DNA of 64,000 nucleotides. Source: Mayamaea pseudoterrestris. Taxonomy: Eukaryota. The first letter of the stretch is position 1; the number at the start of each line of letters is the position of its first letter. The DNA lies in contig BROI01000018.1 of the NCBI GenBank assembly GCA_027923505.1, positions 124,001-188,000 on the forward strand, in the 5' to 3' direction. The translations under genes were made by a program, and so were the position numbers. The notes under the pieces are model-generated. The model worked only from the letters and a program-made list of their open reading frames with translations, made no database searches and was not told the origin of the DNA. Positions 54,367-64,000 of the stretch are shown here, piece by piece.

Positions 54367-56805
54367 TTACTGCAACACGGAATACACTTCTCGAGCTGCA
54401 TTCTTCGCATCGTCACCATGCTGCGATGCAGCAGGCTGTACTTTTGGCGCCAGAAACAAGGACTGCGCGGCATTCTTCGCTTCTGGTACACCCATGACAA
54501 GCGTTCCAAGTCCAATGAGCGTCCTCAAAATGGCCTCTGCTTCGTACAGCTTGTAGTTGCTGAGTATTTCGTCAATGATCGATAGAAGTTGCAATGGAAA
54601 GAATATTGAACCACCTTGTGCTACTGAATGGAGGTACAAGCAAATGTTCCCGATTAGCGTAGCAATGGAAAGCCGAACGTTCTTGTTCGGCGATGTTGCA
54701 TACGATTTGCCACAGTCCACTATTGATTCCAAGTTAGTTGCTGCAGCTTCCAGTGAACCAGCACCGCCCTTGAAAGCGTTTGCAAACAAGCGAAGCGACA
54801 GCATAGGAATACCGACAGCAGCTGGGCCTTCGATATTTTCGGTCGCCGACGTTTCACACAATTGAATGGCACGTTGAATAATTTGACTCCAGTAGGCTGA
54901 GCGACCCCGGCTAGCCGCATCGGGATGTAGCACTGCCATGCGACCAAGATCCAACGCCGGAAATGCTTCTGCTGGTGGAAAGGTGTTTAAAATTACCAAA
55001 ATGACTTGTAGTTCTGCATCTGAGATTTCGCTGGCGTGATACCGGCTCGTCGCCTGGAGCGTATTCATCAAGCTTGAGAGCGAAGCCAGCTGATCATTTG
55101 ACAGATTGCCGACAACCTCAATCTTAGCCTTCATCTTCTCCATAGTCGTAGCCGCCTGTTTCTCTGACAAGTCAAACACCTTGTACGTCTTCATAGGCAG
55201 GTAATTGTATGCAGCAAAAGGCACGCCCGTTACGGCAGAAGGCATGCTGCCACCTGAGAAGCCACCAGCTGGACCTCCTAGCGTCACTCCAGCATGTCCT
55301 GATCTCTGCGTAATGTAATCCGCAATTTGTGACAAATGGTATTGCGGCAATACATGGGCATCAATAAATCGTTGTGCAGCAACAAAAGGATTTTCGCCAT
55401 TATTGTAACCCAGTCTCAAACTCGCGACGCCCCCAGGATGACTCGGTGAGTCGACTTCGATCGGGAAAACATGATCATATGTAATGCCATCAATGACGTT
55501 ATCGCCACCGCCGCCGCCAGGGTTGCCCATTACTTGGCCTACTTCAATCCAAGTTTGCGAAGCAGCGCTCCACTGCGCGGCAATAGCAATGCCGTCGCGC
55601 TGAAACAGTTGAACCTGTCCTTCACTCGACCCACGCAATCGTAGATTGGTTTGCCATTGAGGCAATTTAGCAATCTCCTCTGCTGACGGTCCAGACCCTT
55701 GCTTCTTCGCCCGTACTTCATCCGCAAACGCTTGTCTCACCTCTAAAGGAGCCATGCGATCAGTCGATCGCGTGAAGATGCGAACATGCCCGTCCTGGCA
55801 AGCCGTAACCAAGTCACCATCCAGCAATCCATATACGCTCCAAACAGTGGATCCGTGAACCAAGAGTTGTGGTTCAGATTCTTGCTGATGCATGTTCCAA
55901 ATTACTACAGCTCCGTCTTCTGCGGCGGCCGCCAGTGAGTCCTCCGCGACAGGAGCAACAGAAAGCAGCATGGGAGGTTGCTGCTGCGCTTGATCCGGCA
56001 TTAGAAAGGAAAGGGTGCTATTGGCATGACCAGTAGACGAATCGCGAAGTTTAACTGTTCCGTCGTTGGAGCACGAAGCAACCAGCGTCGTCCCTTCGTT
56101 TACTTTAAAAGTACAAAGTCCTCGAATGGGACCATCATGATCGCCTGCAACATGGTGCTGCATATTAACTTGTCCTGAGTGGACGTCAACTGACCAAACG
56201 CGAATCGCATGTCCAACAATTGAATTGTTTTGCGCAAGGCCAGCCGATCCAGTCACGACACAAACTTCCTTGTCGCTGCCTTGTAGTGCAGCAACACAGA
56301 CAGAATTTTCATGATCTGGAAGCGTTGCCAAAAGCGAGTAATTGCTCAAGTTCCAGACGCGAGCCGTTCCATCCCAAGAACCAGAAACTAGAAGGTACAA
56401 AGATCCTGCTTGCGCGAAAGCAAGCGAGGTGACTGGTTTGTCGTGCCCTGTCAGCTCCTTGACCAATTCATGAGTCTTGTTGTCAAATATCCGAATGACT
56501 GCGTCCTTGCAGGCCGTCGCGTAAATGTTTAATGCGTCTACTGAGAGGACAGTCGTGACGGCGTGCGGATGCCGGTGCAGAGATTCGCACGACAAGAACC
56601 GACTCCCATTGTTACTCGCCTCATCCTTCTGACTCGATAGATTGTAAAGAACTAAACTTCCTGCTTGCGTTCCTGTCAAGATTCGTACAGTCGCATCATT
56701 GGAATCCTTCTTTTTGTCGTCATCTAGCGAGGGCAAAACGCAGACGGCTCGAACGCCTTCGCCGTCGGACGTTAATGACTCGGATAGCTCCCATTCCAAA
56801 TCCAT
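54367..56805 (-). CDS. PLAA: Phospholipase A2-activating protein / Doa1 / Ufd3 (WD40-PFU-PUL)
   Basis: WD40 repeats (SGSWDGTARVW, SCSNDG), PFU (YDHVFPIEVD..LGYNNGENPFVAAQRFI), PUL (FPALDLGR, LRLFAN). Confidence 0.92.
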   Translation of the reverse strand: MDLEWELSESLTSDGEGVRAVCVLPSLDDDKKKDSNDATVRILTGTQAGSLVLYNLSSQKDEASNNGSRFLSCESLHRHPHAVTTVLSVDALNIYATACKDAVIRIFDNKTHELVKELTGHDKPVTSLAFAQAGSLYLLVSGSWDGTARVWNLSNYSLLATLPDHENSVCVAALQGSDKEVCVVTGSAGLAQNNSIVGHAIRVWSVDVHSGQVNMQHHVAGDHDGPIRGLCTFKVNEGTTLVASCSNDGTVKLRDSSTGHANSTLSFLMPDQAQQQPPMLLSVAPVAEDSLAAAAEDGAVVIWNMHQQESEPQLLVHGSTVWSVYGLLDGDLVTACQDGHVRIFTRSTDRMAPLEVRQAFADEVRAKKQGSGPSAEEIAKLPQWQTNLRLRGSSEGQVQLFQRDGIAIAAQWSAASQTWIEVGQVMGNPGGGGGDNVIDGITYDHVFPIEVDSPSHPGGVASLRLGYNNGENPFVAAQRFIDAHVLPQYHLSQIADYITQRSGHAGVTLGGPAGGFSGGSMPSAVTGVPFAAYNYLPMKTYKVFDLSEKQAATTMEKMKAKIEVVGNLSNDQLASLSSLMNTLQATSRYHASEISDAELQVILVILNTFPPAEAFPALDLGRMAVLHPDAASRGRSAYWSQIIQRAIQLCETSATENIEGPAAVGIPMLSLRLFANAFKGGAGSLEAAATNLESIVDCGKSYATSPNKNVRLSIATLIGNICLYLHSVAQGGSIFFPLQLLSIIDEILSNYKLYEAEAILRTLIGLGTLVMGVPEAKNAAQSLFLAPKVQPAASQHGDDAKNAAREVYSVLQ

Positions 56806-57200
56806 TACTAACTGTGTAAGTCTCTAGTATGCCAGGTCACCTAATGCGACTTGTGAACACTATTTGCTGGGCGTGAATTGCGGCAAACTTTTGTGAGGAT
56901 CGTCGTCGATTGCCATGGGCGCCCGAGCCGTCGATCGACAATGCGTGTCGCACCGCAACTACAATTAGCTAAGCCCCCACGCTACTGGTACGCCGTCCGG
57001 CGGGACCAGTCAATCAATTAAAACCAGACAAAGTGTACTACACCCAGCAGATATAGACGGGTGTAGTAGGCTATTCAGATTGTTTTTCTGGTAACTATTG
57101 CTATTGGTAGGCCTTGCGCAAGCTCCTCGTCTTCGGACTTTTCAACTTGACGGTAGCAGTATATATAGAACTTTCTCATAGTTAGTATAGACTTAAAGTC

Positions 57201-60200
57201 TTACGCCGTTTGAGCAACAGGTTGTTGCTGGCTCAGACTTTGCCATAGCGAAAAGACGGCATTTCGACGCATAGTATCTTCAAGGCCTTGATATAGCTCA
57301 AATGCTTCACGCTGATATTCTTGCACTGGGTCAAGACCCTGATATTTGCGCAGAAGCACGCTCTCTTTCAGATTCTCCATAGTTTGGAGGTGGTCGCTCC
57401 AAGCATTATCCAGCGTCACCAAGGTTATGTAACTGGCCGATCGGCCAAGTGATCCAGGCTTTTGCACCTTGGCATCCAATTCTTTTGACTTGGCGACAAA
57501 CACTTCATCAACGGCAACGGTGAGAAACGTTTCAATGCCATCCGCAGACTTTCCGGCAAGATCGTCAGTTTGTATCAAAGGTGCCACTGGTGGGAAAAAT
57601 TGTGTCATCTTTTCCAAAACTTTGTCAACGTTGACCTGACCGCTGCTGTCGGTTTGACCAGAAACAATTTCGGCAACAGTTCTTTGGTTGTACTTTTGCA
57701 TCGTATCTACAAGAGAGTCGGGAGAAGAAAAGAGGATTGATCTGCGGCGCGAGTAGATGGAACGACGCTGACTGTTCAGAGTCTCATCAAAATTAAAGAT
57801 TTCGCGCCGAATCTCGCGGTACTTTTCTTCGACTGCCTTTTGAACCTTGTCGAGCGCGTCCGACACTTGCGGTGCTTCAACCGGCATGTCTTCGCTGACA
57901 CGAAATGTTTCCAAAATCTTGTTGAGCTTATCACCTCCAAATATGACAAACATGTCGTCCTCAAACGAAAGGAAGAAGCGAGATGACCCAGGGTCGCCCT
58001 GTCGCCCTGCTCGTCCTCTTAATTGCTGATCAATTCGGGAACTCTCATGTCGGTTTGTGCCCATGACATATAAACCACCAAGCTTCTTCACAATTGCCTT
58101 TTCCTCCTCAAGAACAGGCGCATACGTTTCTTTAACAGCATCGGCGGCATCGCGAAGCTTGACTACGTAATCTGCGTCGTCATCGGCCTCCGTAGTGTCA
58201 AAAGCAACCGTGAGTAGCTCGTCTAAATCAATGCTTGTCATGTCTGGCCCAAGCGCCTTCTTGATCGATACAGCAGCATCCTTTAGCATGAACTTAATAT
58301 CATCCGATATTTCGGCCGGAAAGTAAGCTGCAGTAGGAGATGGTGGAAGAGCACTGACCTCGTCCGGCTTCAGCACGCCCTCCTCTAACAAAACAGATCT
58401 AGTCTTGATTCGAGACATGGTTCTGGCGCACCCACCGAGAAGAATATCAGTGCCGCGACCTGCCATGTTCGTAGCGACAGTCACGACGCCTGCGCGACCC
58501 GCTTGAGCAATGATCTCAGACTCGCGGGGTGCATTTTTTGGTGAGGCATTGAGGGTTTCGGCTTGGATGCCAGCCTCGGCAAGTTCCTTCACGAGCGCTT
58601 CACTTTGAGCGACTGACGTCGTTCCGATGAGGCACGGTCGACCGTCCGACTGTCCTCCTTTCACGCCCATTACTTCTTTAATGAGTGCTCGATTAGCAGC
58701 CGCCCTTGTTTTAAACGCTACATCTGGGTAATCTCGTCGTGCGATCGGAAGCGCTGTTGGCACAGGAGTCACTCCAAGACCATAAGTCTGCGCAAACTCT
58801 TCAGCATCCGTCAAGGCCGTACCAGTCATTCCCGACAATCGCGTAAATTGTCGGAAGAGTGCCTGATACGTAACTTTGGCAATCACTTTGCTTTGTTCGC
58901 TCACCTCAATTCCTTCTTTTGTTTCAATGCTTTGATGCAAGCCGTTTGACCATCGCCGACCATCCAAGACGCGTCCAGTAAATGAGTCAATGATGCCAAC
59001 GCCCTTTGACTTGCCTGAGCTGTCTTTCAAAATTGTATACTCCACATCAATGTTAAACAGCTCTTTCGCCTTTATGGCATTAGTGACGTATGGCGCCCAC
59101 GCTTCCCCGTCAGGTCCAATCGAGAACAGAGTGTCGACGCCCAAGGCAGCACCGGCATCCCGATATCCCTGCTCTGTAAGAATACAGTTCTTATTCTTCA
59201 AATCAACCGTGTAGTGTACATTCTTGTTCAAGGCTTCGGCCAACTTGCAGGCTGTCCTGTACTTGCTGCCCGGGGCTGGCACCTGTTTGCTGATAATGAG
59301 AGGTGTGCGTGCCTCATCGATCAAAACAGAGTCCGCCTCGTCTACTACGCAGAATCCATTGAATTCTCCAGCTCCGCCGGGTAATACTGTCTGCTCGGGA
59401 CTGAGCGCCAAGTGGTCGCGCAGGTAATCGAATCCGAGCTCCGAGTTAGTAACGTAAACGACATCACATGCATATGCCTTTTGTCGCTGCTCCTCCGTCA
59501 TTCCGGACTGGATAAGACCAACCGTCAGGCCAAGGAAGCGATGTATTTGCCCCATCTTTTCCATATCGCGCCGTGCCAAGTAGTCATTTACAGTAATGAC
59601 AAAGGATGTTTTGCCGGTCAGTGCATTCGCGTAACACGGAAGGGTCGACACTAGCGTTTTTCCTTCACCGGTAGCCATTTCTGCTAGCCGTCCGTCATGA
59701 AGGATAAGTCCTCCAACAATTTGAACGTCATAATGGCGGAGCTCTAGGACGCGCCTAATAAAACGAAATGGAAAGGCGATTGTGAGCCTGACATTGTGCA
59801 TGTAGATGCACGCTCCGTCTAACGTACCATGAAGCTTCCCGAACAACCGCAAACGCTTCCTCCAACAATGGACCATTCAAATCTTCGCCGTTTTGTAACC
59901 GCTTTCGAAATTCCGTCGACTTGGCTTTTAGTTCGTCATCGCCAAGGTCTTCAATGACCGGCTCCAAAGCGTTGATTCGGTCAACACGGTTCTGCAGCTT
60001 GGCCAAGTATTTTGTGTTTTCTTTCGCTCTCATTGATTCATCCGTTCCGGTCATAAAGTCCTCAAAGACGCCGAAAAGGGACGTCGAAGATGATGACAAT
60101 GTTCTTCTTCGATTATGAAGCAAAGGCGATGAGTAGTCGCCTTGCGATGAGCATGCATAGTTTCTGGTCGCGGATCGCACGATGGTTGCAAACTGGGGTT

Positions 60201-60273
60201 GATTGAGAGCTTGGAAAGTCATAGCTGTCGGAGCTGCGATCAACAATAACGCCCACATTCGATGCGGAATCAT
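57201..60273 (-). CDS. secA: Nucleus-encoded plastid-targeted preprotein translocase SecA; exons 60273-59828 and 59754-57201
   Basis: AFAVVREASWRVL across the intron, EMATGEGKT, NDYLARRD, VDEADSVLIDEARTPLIIS, ATNMAGRGTDI, QLRGRAGRQGDPG; signal-peptide-like N-terminus. Start may be 60258. Confidence 0.95.
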
Positions 60274-60649
60274 TGTGAGAAAAGCAATTTGTTCCGTGAC
60301 AACAAAAATGTGGTGCAATTGCGCTCTTTGGATCTGATATTGTCAATAGATAGCTGCTCGGTCTGATTATTGAGAGGTCGATGTCTACTCTAGAGCTCAA
60401 TAACAGTTGTATAGAGCCAAGTGGAGTAATTACTGATCAGCAATTTACCCTATGTCATGGTCAACGCCGAGGCAGCTTTACAGCTTTTGTCGTCGTCGCG
60501 ATGATTCATTTCGCTGACGTATTGATGTGAAAGCGTGAATGAAAGCTAACGCGGGAGTCATGCACACGAGACGCCTCACTCGTTCGCCAAACGCATTGCC
60601 GACGCAGCGGCTCCTCGTCCACAATATACCCAAGTAGTCGTGTCCCAAC

Positions 60650-61273
60650 ATGCCAAAGGCAAGCTCACAGGCATCTCAGGCATCCAGCGTGAGCAGTCTA
60701 GACTTGGACAATATGTCGGTCGACAGCAGTCGCCTTACCACCATTGCGGAGGAGGCGACGGAATGCGAAATGTCCCAGTCGACCGTGACCGTGAGCCTGC
60801 CTCCTTCGAACCACAAGGAAACGTGGACGGGCGACAAGATTATCCATGACTTGGAGGAAGTGAGTTTGCATTCTGACTGCTCTGAATCTACTGTTTTTGG
60901 AACTGTAAATGGAGATGTCTGCGCCTACCTTGGCTCAAGCCGCATCAACTTTTCGCTCTCAAAGTGCAACATCATCTTGTCCATGGTCGCCTTGGTTTTC
61001 TTGCTGGCGATTGGATACAAGTGGAGCAGCTTTCTGATTGCGTTGATCATTGTTACGGCTTTGCTCATTCATGTCATGGTGATCTGGTGGTTAAATGACG
61101 AAGGATTTTTCTTTCCTGCGCGAAAGGCCGCAAAAACGACAGAGGAACCAGTCGTGCCTGCGAATGCGTCGAAACCAGAGCAATCGAATATAGATCGAGA
61201 TGACATTGAGCTTGGCAGGAGCAAACCCATCAGTCGATCGCAATCGATGCCATCGCGACTTGCTCAAGTGTAG
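60650..61273 (+). CDS. Hypothetical protein with two adjacent TM segments
   Basis: 207-aa ORF, Ser-rich N-terminus, hydrophobic hairpin; no family recognised. Confidence 0.6.
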   Translation: MPKASSQASQASSVSSLDLDNMSVDSSRLTTIAEEATECEMSQSTVTVSLPPSNHKETWTGDKIIHDLEEVSLHSDCSESTVFGTVNGDVCAYLGSSRINFSLSKCNIILSMVALVFLLAIGYKWSSFLIALIIVTALLIHVMVIWWLNDEGFFFPARKAAKTTEEPVVPANASKPEQSNIDRDDIELGRSKPISRSQSMPSRLAQV

Positions 61274-61472
61274 TGCTTCTCGGTGTTTTCACGATTGATC
61301 CATCGATCATTGGCCTAACATTGCGCGCTCGTAATTGACAGAATAAGACAATAATCGATGTAACATAATAGTTCAAAGTTTTGTTTTATATGCTATAAGC
61401 AAATCAGACCCTAGCACTACAGTTCAAGACGCGTACTTGTTCCAAAATGCTCGCACTCACAGTCGGCACATT

Positions 61473-62583
61473 TTAAATCTCGCCACGAGCTTCCGCATCC
61501 GCTCGCTCCTCAAGAATCGTCTTCTTGATACCTCGTCCCTTGGGCAAACTCACTTGCGGGGTGGATCCAGTTCCAATGGTGAAGACGTTCTGCATGCGCG
61601 TGGCAAAAACGTGTCCCTTGGCATCCTTGATGGTGACAACGTCAAAGCTACCTTCATGCTTTTCAATGTGCATCAGTGTTCCGACGCGGCCAGCGTTGCG
61701 CCCGCCCGTCAAAATGACCAAGGCTCCCACCTCAAACTTGATAATGGCCGTCATCTTGCCAGTCTCAAGGCTCACCTTAATGGTGTCGTTGACCTTGGTA
61801 TCAGGGTCTGGGTAGCGAATGGTGCGCCCATCATGCGTGACGGCAACCGGAACCTTGTTTTGTCCAACGTAAACCTTGTTGACGCGGCAGAGCTTGTAGT
61901 CGGCCTCGTCGCGCTTGATGCGGTGGCAGACGAATCGTCCCTTGGTGTCTAGGAGAATGCGAAACATGTCTCCCGACTTTTCCAGTTGGACAACGTCCAT
62001 GATACCCGTTGGGTAGTTGCGGTCAGTGCGGACCTTTCCGTCAACCTTGACGCAACGCTCCATGCAGATTTGCATGCATTCCTTATTGGTAAGAGCGTAC
62101 TTGAGTCGCTCGCGAAGGATAATGGCAATGGGAATGCACTGTCGGAGCTTGTGTGGGCCTGGAGATGGGCGAGGAGCAAAGACTCCGCCCATCTTTCCGA
62201 GGTTCCAGTTGCGAGGCGCATTCAAGCGCTTGAGATGTTTTGGGGGACCGCGAGGCCTGTTAAAGGAAAGGCGATAGAGAATGTGTGTGAGATTATTTGT
62301 GAAGTGGAACGAGCCGAGCAACAAGAAACGCCGAGTTGCGTAGGCGAATCAATTTGAAAAGTAATCAGCCTGCAAACCTTCCACGAAATTGGATTTAATG
62401 CCAGAGTTCTACGCGAGGGCTGATGCATATCTCGAAAATTATTCTTTACGTAAGAATCAGTCCATCGAAGGCACGCATGCTCGTGCATGCTGCCGACGTG
62501 ATGATGCAAGTTTCCTCTTCGAACCTCATAGTTGTCTCTAATACGATCAACAAGATCAATTCATGCGTCTTTGTCACTTACAT
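61473..62583 (-). CDS. RPS4: 40S ribosomal protein S4 (eS4); start codon split by intron 62581-62257
   Basis: AT|GTAAGT...TTTAACAG|G CCT CGC GGT gives [37 protein letters not shown]. Confidence 0.93.
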
Positions 62584-62986
62584 GACTATAATTTACTACT
62601 AATCAGGCAATCGCAACAAGATGAGGAGAGTCTGCAGCTCGTCTTGTCAGTGTGCTTGCGGGCGAGTGGTGAAACTTGCGGTGCGAGCGGAACTGTCGCA
62701 GCGCTATTAGATATTTTAGTAAGCGCGGTAAGTGACACGCACGCCTCACCATGAATAAAGAACCAGAGCAGCAAGCCCTTTACCCTTGCTATTGTAGTTG
62801 ACTCTTTTACTTGTTCGATTGTGAGTAAGCATAGTAGCTCTGAATGATTCAATATTGCTTCTCAGAATGCGACTTGAATCGCAGGACTAGAGAATTTGAC
62901 GACCAAAGTTAGTCAACATTCACCAACTCCTTTGTTGACCTTTGCTCGCTCCCCTTTTACACAGTAACAGCACCAACACCTTCATC

Positions 62987-63442
62987 ATGGGTCGAATGCA
63001 CGCACCAGGCAAGGGTATTTCCCGCCGCGCTCTTCCGTACAAGCGCTCTCCTCCCTCGTGGCTCAAAACGTCGAGCGCCGACGTTCAGGACCACGTTTGC
63101 AAGCTTGCCAAGAAGGGACTCACGCCATCGCAGATTGGAGTCATTCTCCGCGACTCACACGGCGTCGCGCAAGTCAAGTCTGTCACTGGACAAAAGATTG
63201 TTCGCATTCTCAAGGCCAATGGACTTGCTCCGGAAATTCCGGAAGACTTGTACATGCTCATCAAGAAGGCTGTCCAGGTCCGCAAACATTTGGAAATCAA
63301 CCGCAAGGACAAGGATAGCAAGTTTAGACTTATTCTCATTGAATCGCGCATTCACCGACTGGCCCGATACTACCGAACCACCCGTAAGCTTCCGTCCAAC
63401 TGGAAGTATGAGAGTGCGACGGCGAGTACGTTGGTGGCGTAA
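62987..63442 (+). CDS. RPS13: 40S ribosomal protein S13 (uS15)
   Basis: [46 protein letters not shown]; probable 5'-UTR intron 62821-62964. Confidence 0.97.
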   Translation: MGRMHAPGKGISRRALPYKRSPPSWLKTSSADVQDHVCKLAKKGLTPSQIGVILRDSHGVAQVKSVTGQKIVRILKANGLAPEIPEDLYMLIKKAVQVRKHLEINRKDKDSKFRLILIESRIHRLARYYRTTRKLPSNWKYESATASTLVA

Positions 63443-63873
63443 GGATGAATAGTGCAAGATTTATCAAGGACTCTCTATGCTGGAAAACGTAGCTTACGAC
63501 CAAAGAAAGAACCAAAAATAACACACTTTAACACTAATTTCTATGAGATGCTGTATTGCATTACTATACATCGTCGGCATGCATAGGAACCGCATTACAT
63601 ACAAACTGCTCGCATAAGCGAAACCGCCTTCAGCTTTGACTCGATATGCTTCTCGTCCAACATGGTACTGTTAAATTTACTGTTACGCATAACAAGACTT
63701 TTGTTCAACTAAGTATTGTAATGCATAAGAGTGCTGGACCCCGGCGACAACGAAATAAGGTGGGAAAGTGAAACGGGTGCAGCTCTCTGTCTGCACCATA
63801 CTCTACATCCTAGCGTATTGTAAGCAGAGCCTCACATTGAGCTTATACATTCGGTGCTTAGGCGTTAATGTAC

Positions 63874-63972
63874 TTAAAAGTAAGCTCCGCCAACCCATTC
63901 GTTGACAATGTCAAGCATGGGCTTGCCCTCGACGGCGGTGGCCGTGACGAGCATGGCCAAACCAAGCATTGC
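63874..63972 (-). CDS. Last exon of an LHC-like (HLIP/OHP/SEP-type) protein; the rest lies beyond the window
   Basis: Acceptor TTTTACAG, then AMLGLAMLVTATAVEGKPMLDIVNEWVGGAYF*; AMLG is the end of the ExxNGRxAMLG helix motif. Confidence 0.55.
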   Translation of the reverse strand, partial: AMLGLAMLVTATAVEGKPMLDIVNEWVGGAYF

Positions 63973-64000
63973 CTGTAAAATCGAGAAAGAGAAGGATTAA

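Noticed and set aside
62257..62581. Intronic C/D-box snoRNA in RPS4
   Set aside because: CTGA boxes are present but no convincing RTGATGA C box on the transcribed strand.
1..64000. tRNA/rRNA genes, telomeric repeats, low-GC Phaeodactylum-type centromere
   Set aside because: None recognised by eye; no extended AT-rich tract. tRNAscan/Infernal were not run.

Overview
Gene-dense eukaryotic nuclear DNA with short GT-AG introns and bipartite signal+'AF' plastid presequences; almost certainly a diatom (species not determinable here). About 25 mostly head-to-head genes: GH81 glucanase, USP, IPP-2, MsrA, eIF6, two K2P-type channels, UAA transporter, SURF6, 2OG oxygenase, transportin-3, CCR4, histidine phosphatase, selenoprotein S, sulfotransferase, PLAA, nuclear SecA, RPS4 and RPS13. 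A ~13 kb repeat island (21.4-34.7 kb) holds a ~67-bp satellite, a young Ty1/copia element and a ~345-bp satellite built from two ~172-bp palindrome-bearing subunits. Main highlight: a tiny plastid-targeted gene (5555-5953, -) whose apparent TGA stop sits in the third-Cys position of a ferredoxin-like CxxCxx[U]xxxxxCP motif. Its 3' region holds a SECIS-like hairpin with the same unusual geometry as the one behind the selenoprotein S gene at 52 kb. This points to a candidate new selenoprotein and a lineage-specific SECIS variant. Also found: a PIF/Harbinger-type MITE splitting a small plastid-protein gene, and a tail-to-tail pair of frameshifted alpha-carbonic-anhydrase-like genes lacking the zinc ligands. 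All calls are by eye; no searches or folding programs were run.
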